A DNA stretch of 64,000 nt. Origin: Octopus sinensis. Taxonomy: Eukaryota. The stretch spans positions 183,582,001 to 183,646,000 of the forward strand of contig NC_042997.1 in assembly GCF_006345805.1 (NCBI RefSeq). Reading direction: 5' to 3'. The notes below the pieces were generated by a model, which was not told the origin of the DNA, did no database searches, and saw only the letters and a program-made list of their open reading frames with translations. How positions within the stretch are numbered: position 1 is the first letter of the stretch; every line of letters starts with the position of its first letter. A program made the position numbers and the translations under genes. Shown piece by piece: positions 25,138 through 34,770 of this stretch.

Positions 25138-26049
25138 TTCCAAAGTACTGTACCGTCTTAAGGCATGGGCACACCGAAGCCATCTCCCCTTAATCTTTGA
25201 AGTCCAACTGCTCAAGGGTCCAAATTCTAATCAATGTCTGCTGTGACTTGCCGTCATTAAATAAATACTACAGTATCCAGTGCATTGATTTGCACTGTGT
25301 AACATACTTTTTGTTCTTGGATAGTAACTGTTATTTTCTATTTGCTTATTCCTAGAAAGTATGAAAAATAGCTAATATTTCCTTCGAATTTTGCTTTGGT
25401 TACATTTATACAAACCCAAAAGAATCCTTCTCAACACATGGCTATATGCTTCCCCACTTCTGCTCATGATCAGAGATGCAGATATTGTCAGCCACTAAGG
25501 GGCAAGCTCAATTGGTTAAGGTCAAGCAACTGACAAGCAAATTTGTGGTATTGAGCAGAATATTTGCTATAAAGATATTTCTACTTCAAAAAATCAGCGT
25601 TGAATCTGTCTGAAATGTAATGGAAAATAGGTCACTTTCAAAACGTTGATGTCCAGGTCACAAAAACAAAGTTTGAAGAGAATAGTACGCATTTCCTTTC
25701 ATCTCTAGTTAGAAACAACTAGGAACACTTACTGACCAAAGGGCCGATAAAATAAGTACCAGTTGAACACTGAGGTCGATGTAATCGACTTACCTCTACA
25801 TGAAACTGCTGGCCTTGTGCCAAAATTTGAAACCAATTTATCTAAATTTGATCTCTGGCAGTACTTGTTTTAACGCACCAATTAACAATGTCATCACAGA
25901 AGGGTCGTCATTTTAACCATTTTAAACTCATTTACTTACAATTATTTCTTAATAGTATTGCCAACAATTAAGTATCAAAATGTTTCATCGCCAACACAAA
26001 TCTATTGCAAGAATCACTAGTCAAAAAAATACAACTCTATAATGGCTTG

Positions 26050-26352
26050 TTGTTTGTTCCTTCTCAAGCCATGCCTGGCTCATAAGGGTCGGTTTCCCCG
26101 GTTTCCTTGGTATATAATTTCCCCACCTAGACGGGACGCTGGTCCGTCGCAGGTGAGCTGCAAGATGCAGGAGGAAAGAGTGAGAGAAAGTTGTGGCGAA
26201 AGAGTCAGCAGAAGTTCGCCATTACTTTCTGCCGGAGCCGCGTCGAGCTTAGGTATTTCACTCATAAACACACACATCACCCGGTTTGAGATTCGAACCC
26301 GCGATCCCTCGACCGCGAGTCCGTTGCTCTAACCATTAGGCCATGTGCCTCC
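26050..26352 (-). mobile_element. tRNA-derived SINE family D
   Basis: A and B boxes; TSD-like CTATAATGG.TTG on both sides. Confidence 0.85.
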
Positions 26353-26515
26353 AACTATAATGGTTTGATATTAATAATTTCAATTTAATAATCTTTTATT
26401 TACATATATTGGCACTTAATAAATGTTTACGTGCGCGGGCGCACACACACACACATGTATGTATGTATGTATGTATGTATGTATGTATGTATGTATGTAT
26501 GTATGTATGTATGCC

Positions 26516-27340
26516 TCTTCTGTTTTTAATTTAAATTCTTCCTTCGAAGAAGAAGCTTCTCTCTAACAACGATACAAAGCTCCATCGTTGGAATGTAGAT
26601 AACGAAAACAATGTCGCATATTAAACTTGAGAAAAGTCTTGCATATTTTTACTGTTCCACTTACAGATTGTATTTGTCATGTGCGAGTTAATCGGTTGAT
26701 TTCTTTTTGTGAAAATCCAAATTTATCCAGACTGTCATTTAGGCATTTACTTACAAAACCAAGTGCACCAATTATTATTGGTATAAATGTATATTTGTAA
26801 TCCGGATATAGAACCTGGAGGTTTCCAAACAGTTGTCCGTAGTTATCTTCTTTCACTTCGATTTCAAAAAAGACACTCACATTAACAAAACTGCCGATGT
26901 CTATGGCGGTACATACCTTTTCTTGTCTCTCTCAAACGATATCCGACCTGTTATGCTTACACTTGTGTGGAGGCGCAATGGCCCAGTGGTTAGGGCAGCG
27001 GACTCGCGGTCGGAGGATCGCGGTTTCGATTCCCAGACCGGGTGTTGTGTGTGTTTATTGAATGAAAACACCTAAGTTCCGCGAGGCTCCGGCAAGGGGT
27101 GATGGCGACCCCTGTTGTACTCTTTTGCCCCAACTTTCTCTCACTCTTTCTTCCTGTTTCGTGAGTAACGCTGCGATGGACTGGCGTCCCGTCCAGCTGG
27201 GGGGAACACTTACGCCACAGAAACCGGGAAACCGGGCCCATGAGCCTGGCTAGACTTGAAAAGGGCGCATAAAAAAAATAATAAAATGCTTACAGATGTA
27301 TAAATGGGAATGTTCCACCAGCTTGAAACCAATATTATTA
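26516..27340 (-). mobile_element. 3' fragment of an R4/Dong-like LINE (restriction-like endonuclease), split by a SINE
   Basis: WWNIPIY (~27320), then KHNRSDIV...CTAIDI, then KEDNYGQL...IPIIIGALG...GTVKICKTFL, matching a PD-(D/E)xK RLE C-terminus. The 3' end abuts (CATA)n. Confidence 0.75.
26967..27285 (+). mobile_element. tRNA-derived SINE family D, inserted in the R4-like LINE
   Basis: TGGCCCAGTGG A box, GGTTTCGATTCC B box and an A-rich tail; ATGCTTACA repeated on both sides. Confidence 0.88.
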
Positions 27341-28358
27341 AATATAGAAATATTATTTACCAGTGATATTGACTTTCGAACTTTACAGGTTTGAATTCGA
27401 GGAAGGCTATCTGCTGCAAACACTTTATTTACAGACAGCTTCCAGAAAATGCTTTAAAATAAATATCTAAAGAATCGTAATATAAATAAGTATGATAAGA
27501 TACAAAATAAGTTTCGCAGTGCAGTTATCAGTAAACCTTTTTTTTTATTCAGCCAGTATGTTTTCATTAGTATATAGGAAGCTTCAATTTCAAGTCAAGA
27601 GCCAGCGAAACTTAATAGATAAAGTTTTGCATTTGAAATATTTTCAAGTTAGAAAACAAAAACCAAAAAATATATATATATCTTAGATATTTCAGCTCTA
27701 GTGAACATTGAAAAGGGACTCACATACCTTATTTATATAATGTGATGTTTATAACTTTTTATAAGTCTTAGTACTCACGGCTTATCATTATTTTTCTGTG
27801 CTAATAAGAAATAAGAGCGATGAGAATGTAGTCTACTTCACTATCACACGAAGTCGAGTGGCTGGGTAGCAGGTAGTAAACCTATGCAGAGAATGTTTGC
27901 ATTTGCACCGTATTCTATTTACAGGGAAGAGCGTATTTCTCATTTAATATATGCAGTTCTTTGAAGTTATTTCAAACAAGATAATTTTATATGCTTTATT
28001 TTGTTTTTAGCACTTTCTGCATTATTTTGCAAACATAATATGTTAATAATTTGATAATTCTTTCTGCTAGAGGTACAAAGACTGAAATATGGCGGGGAGA
28101 GGGAATAGTCGATTTCATCGACCCTAGTGCTCAACTACCATTTTAAGGAACCCCTCGACGGGATTTGAACTCAGAACGAAAGAGCCGGAGAAATATCGCT
28201 AAATATTTTTGTCTGACGCGCCAATGGTTCTGCCAGTTCACCGCTTTTTCTAGCAATTTAATAACTACCAGCAGAACAGATAAGATGACCATACACAAAC
28301 CAAAGGGTCGGAAATTTTTATTGCATCACCTTTATTATTATTATTATTATTATTATTA

Positions 28359-28397
<39 letters not shown>

Positions 28398-28410
28398 CAT
28401 TATTATTATT

Positions 28411-28603
28411 GAGTGAGAGAGCAGTGCATGCCATCAAAGTGATACTGGGGTAAAATATACGAAGGCCAGTATACCCATCGTGACTACCCGTCTGATAAGG
28501 GTACACCAGACACGTGCATCACAACCATATGTGCGCGACATGGTGATCTCATATCAAGATAAACAGCACATGACCTTGCAGGTGGGGCCCAGTTAGAATT
28601 TTC
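28411..28603 (-). mobile_element. Probable 3' end/UTR of a LINE ending in (TAA)n (Dong/R4-like)
   Basis: A GC-richer 190-bp block whose minus-strand 3' end runs directly into (TAA)n at 28332-28410; very little coding sequence remains. Confidence 0.45.
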
Positions 28604-28606
28604 GTC

Positions 28607-29127
28607 GGATCTTTTCCTTTTGAACGGCACATATCAACACAATTTCTAGTTAACTAAACACTTTTAAACTTCGTATACTGGTAGAATGTGTTTATAAAAC
28701 ATCATTTTTTCTTGGTTTTATTGAGAAAATTCTATAGTTTGTAAGATATTTCGTCTGAAATTTCGAGCACTTCGGCAATTTTAACCAATCGCTGACCTCC
28801 ATTTGGGGTGAAAACATTCCGTGCTGTATGAATATGTCCCTCGTTTAAGAAACAGATTGGGTTTATTTACATTTGCGAAGAAAAAATTATACCCTTCCCC
28901 CACCCCTAACCCTAACCCTAACCCTAACCCTAACTCTAACCCTAAATCTAATCCTAAATCTAAAATAGATTGAAATGCAATAGATCGATACTAGGGTTAT
29001 AATTATGGGTGACATTTTCATTTGACACCGCTAGAAAAAAATCCCATTTTCCGTAGCGGTGTCGTATGAAATTGTCACCCATAATTATAACCCTAGTATC
29101 GATCTATTGCATTTCAATCTATTTTAG
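28607..29127 (+). mobile_element. Non-autonomous TIR element with internal (CCCTAA)n; right end replaced by a fold-back
   Basis: Begins GGATCTTTTC..TTTGAACGGCA; telomere-like repeats at ~28903-28945; homologous to 63744-64000 in the opposite orientation. Confidence 0.75.
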
Positions 29128-29532
29128 TGTATGTCAAAGCAAACTGTTACACTGTTGTACCATTGAATTAGAAATAATGCCCAACTTTTATGCTCGGGTA
29201 ACCCTACAGCTTCCAAGAGCACAACTGTATTCGTTTTTGCTTAGATAAAATGACAAAATTGTGAGTGCTAAGTCCCCATGGAGTGGTCTTTCTAACTTTG
29301 TAGGAAGATGACATTTTATAAATATTACTTCATTTGTGTCTAATATCTATGGCTAAAATTTCATCAACAGCAAAAATATATGAATTGTCAAGGGGGTGAT
29401 GGCCCTTATGTTTAGGATATAATTTCCAAATTTCATAAAGATCCATTCAGTACTTTTGACCTAGTTTTGGATCATAAAAGAAATTACTAAAACTTGGGAG
29501 TTAAGGCTCCCATTAGGGTGTTATATATATAT

Positions 29533-29720
29533 ATAGTTAATCCAAACATGAAAGCACAAAAAACACAACAACGCGAGGACGTGGAACAAATATAGTATTA
29601 TTGGACGCTCAGGAAAGAAGGAAAGAAGGAGGGTTTAACGTTTCGAGCGGAGCTCTTCGTCGGAAACATAGGAGAAGGAAAGATCCAGAGAAGGGAAGAC
29701 AGAAGGAAAAAATCGCCAAA
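29533..29720 (-). mobile_element. pLTR-like repeat with minimal hammerhead ribozyme motif (copy 2)
   Basis: Same family as 20067 and flanked by microsatellites. Minus strand 29667-29633 reads GTTT-CCGACGA-AGAGCTCCGCTC-GAAA-CGTT-AAAC. Confidence 0.75.
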
Positions 29721-29741
29721 GATATAGATATAGATATAGAT

Positions 29742-29772
<31 letters not shown>

Positions 29773-30113
29773 CAAAGATAAATTGATAGATACAACTGAA
29801 TGGGCAAACAAAAATATGAGACAGCCTAATGCCTTTTTATGTTGATAGGCCTAGTACTTATTCTATTAGTTTGTTCTTGTGAAACCAGTAAGTTATATGG
29901 ATGTAAATAAATGAACAGCAGTTGTGAAGCAGTGATGAGGGCGAAACACAGAGACAAAGACACACACATACACTTACATATATACATACATATATATACG
30001 ATTGATTTGTTACAGTTGCTGTCTACGAAATCCATATATATTGTTTTGGCATCCTTTTTGTCTCGGGAGACAATGGAGTTGCGCATAAAATAATCTAGTC
30101 CGGCTTTTATATT

Positions 30114-32270
30114 TCATGTCCTAATACATCTCCCGCTGTGGCTGTGTAGTCCTATCCTGGACAAACACTCCCTCTGGCAGGTGCCGCAAATGTAGCGAAG
30201 ACTTTGCCTGGCTGGTTGTAATGTCATAGTTTCTTGTTGACGTCTTTCCTTGTCTTTCCATTTCTCCTTTCTCTCTATGTCACTCCTTTGTGTTCCCTCT
30301 TTTACGGTACGTCGCCAATCTCCACGGTTGCTGGCAACTGCTTCCCAGTTGGTAATATCGATGTTGCAGGAATTCATGTCCCTTTTGCAAACATCCTTGT
30401 ATCGTAAGAACGGTCTTCCCACAGACCTACTGCCCCTAGCAAGCTCTCTGTTGAGTATGTCCTTGGGGATTCTGCCATCTTCCATACGGCTAACATGTCC
30501 AAGTCATCTCATACGTCTTTGTGTGAGGAGTGCAAACATGCGTGGTATTCCTGCTTGCTTGAAGACATCTTTGTTGGGGACATGATTCTGCCATTTGATG
30601 CGAAGGATTTTCCGGAGACAGCGCAGGTGAAAGATATTTAGGCGACGTGTGGCGTCGTATGGCGTGTGTATGGCGTTCATGTCTCACTTCCATACAGTAG
30701 AGTGCTAAGTACTCATGTCTGGTAAATCTTCATTTTTGTGGTCTTGGTCAGCTTATTGTTGTTCCATGCGCGTTTGGTGAGTTGGGCCATCACAGCAGCT
30801 GCCTTACCAATGCGTATATTGAGCTCAGCACCAAGGGATAGGTTGTAGGTGACGGTAGAGCCAAGATAGGTAAACTTCTCCACCTCCTGTACTCTGTGGT
30901 CTCCAATATGTATGTTTGGGATGTCCGACATAGCCTGACCCATGATGTTGGTCTTCTTGAGGCTGATAACTAAGCCAAAGTTGCCAAATGCTTGCTCAAA
31001 ACAGTTGATGAGCCTTTGTAGGGCTTCTTCTGTGTGTGATACCAGAGCGGCATCATCAGCAAATAGCATCTCCTTGATCAGGACGCTTCTGATTTTGGTC
31101 TGGGCACGCAGACGCGAGAGATTGAACGGTTTCCCATCACTTCTACTGTGCAGAAACACTCCATCATCGGATGTCTCAAAGGCATGTGACAGCAGCAGCG
31201 AGAAAAAGATGCCAAATAATGTAGGAGCAAGGACACAACCTTGCTTTACCCCATTTTTTATTTGGAAGGCGGCTGATGTTGAACCATTGTGCTGTATGGT
31301 GCCTTGCATATCAGCATGGAAAGATTTGATGATCCTCAGCAGCTTTGGTGGACATCCGATTTTTTGGAACAGGATGAAGAGGCCTTTTCTACTTACCAAG
31401 TCAAAGGCCTTTGTCAGATCAATGAAGGCCGTATATAATGGCATTTTCTGCTCTCTGGACTTCTCTTGAAGTTGGCGTATGGAGGATATCATGTCAATAG
31501 TTGATCTGCTTCTTCTAAAGCCACACTGCGATTCTGGATAAATTCGAGAAGCAATTAGTTGCAGCCTGGACAGGATAATGCGAGCAGAAGCCTTTCCAAC
31601 AGTGCTTAGAAGAGATATTCTATGGTAATTGTTACAATCATCACGGTAACCTTTATTTTTGTAAAGCGTAATGATGTTAGCATCCCGCATATTCTGAGGG
31701 ACTGTACCCTCTTCCCAGCACTGACACAGAAGCTCATGAAGGTGCCGAAGCAGGATGGTGTTCTTGCCGGTTTTGATGATCTCTAAGGGGATGCCGTCTT
31801 TTCCCGGAGCCTTGTTACTTGCTAGGGTGAGCTCTGCTATAGATGGCAGACTGTCAAGTTCACACATGACTGGCAAGATCTTGACACCCTCGATTGCAGC
31901 CTCAGCTACCGTGGTCTCCCGTGAGTAGAGATCCTGGTAGTACTCCACCCATCCATTTGCTTGCTTTGGTCCTTGATGAGATCCCTAGTAGTTGATTTCA
32001 GAGGAGCTGACTTGGTTGCGGATGGACCAGGGGCCTTCTTCAAACCGGCATACATCCCACGGGAGTCACCACTGTCAGCAGATGACTGGATACTCTGACA
32101 GATTTCCTGCCAATACCCATTTGCACAGCGTCTGGCAGTCAGTTGGGTTTTATTTCTTGCCTTTTTGAGTTCTTCGAGTGACTTTGTAGAAGAATCACTC
32201 TTGTATTGCATCAGAGCTGCACGCTTTGCTTCGATAACTGTTTCCAGCTCTGAGAGCCCAGCACTGAACA
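30114..32270 (-). mobile_element. 5'-truncated RTE-clade LINE (RTE/BovB-like); reverse transcriptase pseudogene
   Basis: Motifs KAPGKDGIP, ISLLSTVGK, PESQCGFR, FIDLTKAFD, GVKQGCVLAPTLF, LFADDAA, FTYLGS, MEDGRIPK..GRP.LRYKD and a C-terminal C2H2 (CGTCQRECLSRIGLHSH). Several frameshifts; no endonuclease domain. Confidence 0.95.
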
Positions 32271-32710
32271 AAATTTGGATTTTACCCTTCTCTCAAGCCG
32301 AAAGTATCAATTGAACACACACATAGACTTATATATATACATACATATACATACAATTGATTTCTTTCAGTTTCTGTCTACAAATACACTGACAAGGCTT
32401 TGGTTGGTCTGAGGCTATAGCAGAAGACACATGCCAAGTTACCACACAGTGGGACTGGACTGAGGACCATGTGTTTTGAAACCAAGTTTGTTACCACACA
32501 GCCACACCTGCACTTATGTATGTGTGTGTGTGGGGGGGTGTATGTGTGTATGGGTGTATATATGTATGCATATATATATGTGTACATATATCATACACTT
32601 GTGTTTATCCTTATTTTCCAGATATAATATATGTGTATGCATGTATACTATTTACATTATTTACATTATTTACATTTGACGGATATTTGTCCTCATCTTG
32701 TTTGTTGTTT

Positions 32711-32754
32711 ATAAAACGTTTCGGCTGACGTACCCTCCAGTCTTCATCAGGTGT
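32711..32754 (-). ncRNA. Minimal type-I hammerhead ribozyme motif (core intact, stem I decayed)
   Basis: ACAC-CTGATGA-A-GACTG-gagggtacgt-CAGCC-GAAA-CGTT-ttat. Confidence 0.7.
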
Positions 32755-32921
32755 CTTGGGGACATTTCGAACCTGGGTTCTCATTCCTAAGGTCTTTTTC
32801 GATGTTGTTGTTGTTGTTGTTGTTGTTATTATTATTATGCCATATGTCCGTAGCATATGACGTAGTGGTTGAGAGCACGGGCTACTAACCCCAAGATTCC
32901 GAGTTCGATTCCAGGCAGTGG

Positions 32922-32992
<71 letters not shown>

Positions 32993-33055
32993 GCAACAAC
33001 AACAACATCGAAAAATACCTTAGGAATGAGAACCCAGGTTCGAAATTTCCCCAAG

Positions 33056-33099
33056 ACACCTGTTAAAGGCAGAAAGGTATATCAGCCGAAACGTTGTGT
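33056..33099 (+). ncRNA. Minimal type-I hammerhead ribozyme motif (stem I intact, core mutated)
   Basis: ACAC-CTGTTAA-A-GGCAG-aaaggtatat-CAGCC-GAAA-CGTT-GTGT. Confidence 0.6.
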
Positions 33100-33252
33100 T
33101 AACAACAAACAAGATGAAGACAAATATCTGTCGAATGTAAATAATGTAAATAATGTACATAATTCCTCATTTCTTAAATATAAAACTGTATGTATGTTTG
33201 TATGTATATGTGTGTATGTGTGTGTGTATCTATATGTATGTATGAATCTATA

Positions 33253-33340
<88 letters not shown>

Positions 33341-33402
33341 CGTGATTGGTTGTGATTCTTAGTGGAAAAAAGAGAGTTAAGCTGTACAAAATAGTGTATA
33401 AT

Positions 33403-34200
33403 TTAGTTTATTATTTCTGTCATTCCAACATACCGCATTATGCTGGATGCCCCGTTCGGCCCTCGAGATATGACCTCTGTCTCATAGACAATAGCTTCTA
33501 GGTTGCAGAGACAATTGAACGGGCAAGGGGTTGTGTCTCTACAAGAACAACTGGCTTCACTACTAGGAGTGAGGTTGCGTGATTGGATACTCTTCGTGTC
33601 GGTTACGCAACTGAAAGAGAATAAAGTGTGTCTATCACAAATCTTTCTATACACGTGTAGGAGGAAAATGTTTATCCACTAACTTAAGAAAGGCCATATA
33701 TACGTTAGACTTCACATTAGGAAAGTTGGTGTGAACCCAATAACTTTGCAACGTCGTTGTCTTTCTGGTAAGATGTCATCGAGTATTTAAATGATTTTCT
33801 CCTTGGACTTTATCACTAGGGCATTGTAGTGACATGGGATCGCCTTATCAAAGATTTCCTTTCTAGAAGATCCAAGAGCCTTCCGCTACTCCTTTAACTA
33901 GGTTCTTGAACACTGATCCCTGGTTGATGTAGGTGAATATCTCATTGGGCTGGTGGTAAGGTTTGTAGAAGTTAGTGCTTAAATTTAAGGATGTTAACTA
34001 TGGTTAGTTTACTGAAAATTTGGATAATGTCTTTTCTTAGTCCATTGGCACCACTACACATAGTCAATTGCCTCATCCCTGTGCAAACCGACTATAGTAG
34101 ATGAGAATTTCTTACGTAGTGTGTCGAGTAAGTAAAACCCTCTGAGGTCGTACATACTGACTGGCAATGTCAAACGACTTCATTCCCACTTTAAAGAAAC
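33403..34200 (-). mobile_element. Penelope-like element relic (RT thumb plus GIY-YIG endonuclease)
   Basis: GFYLLDTL...VGLHRDE is a degenerate GLYRDD; YKPYHQPNE..TYIN; CSCR....CP...LC.LEAIVY and YVGMTE match the PLE Zn-finger/GIY-YIG. Heavily frameshifted. Confidence 0.75.
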
Positions 34201-34334
34201 CGTTAGAATCGGATCGTTTAGCTCAGGTTAAATCATTTTCAAAGAATAGGATTTTCCTGTTCTTTATAATAACGTTTAGGTGTCAGTCTGGCATATCAGT
34301 GAAATTTCTTGAGAAATTTAGTGTCTGGGTTAAT

Positions 34335-34487
34335 GCTGTGTGGTAAGTAGCTTGCTAACCAGCCACATGGTTCCGGGTTCAGTCCCACTGCGTAGCATCT
34401 TGGGCCAGTGTCTTCTGCTATAGCCACGGGCCGACCAATGCCTTGTGAGTGGATTTGGTAGACGGAAACTGAAAGAAGCCTGTCGTA

Positions 34488-34544
<57 letters not shown>

Positions 34545-34770
34545 GTGTGTATGTGTTTGTGTGTCTGTGTTTGTCTCCCTAGCATTGCTTGACAACCGAT
34601 GCTGGTGTGTTTACGTCCCCGTCACTTAGCGGTTCGGCAAAAGAGACCGATAGAATAAGTACTGGGCTTACAAAGAATAAGTCCCGGGGTCGATTTGCTC
34701 GACTAAAGGCGGTGCTCCAGCATGGCCGCAGTCAAATGACTGAAACAAGTAAAAGAGTAAAAAGAGTAAC
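34335..34770 (+). mobile_element. SINE family B
   Basis: Near-consensus copy. Confidence 0.88.

Larger units (their letters stand above)
32649..33157. mobile_element. Palindromic tRNA-head / microsatellite / hammerhead-tail element
   Basis: Inverted arms at ~32649-32838 and ~32975-33157, each carrying a hammerhead motif. A central tRNA-like unit at 32853-32925 has A and B boxes. Confidence 0.8.

Noticed and set aside
26967-27045. tRNA-like sequences at SINE heads (also 57760, 58023, 62537)
   Set aside because: Each is followed by a SINE body and tail, in some cases with a TSD; they are not standalone tRNA genes.
28903-28945. True telomere or chromosome-fusion scar
   Set aside because: The tract is short and lies inside a dispersed TIR element present twice in the window.
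30942-31469. 175-aa + strand ORF (also 9475-10002)
   Set aside because: Antisense shadows of the RTE RT and the Tc3-like transposase.
32853-32925. Possible tRNA-Ser(ACT) gene
   Set aside because: The acceptor and anticodon stems do not pair properly and it is embedded in a repeat; treated as a SINE-type head.
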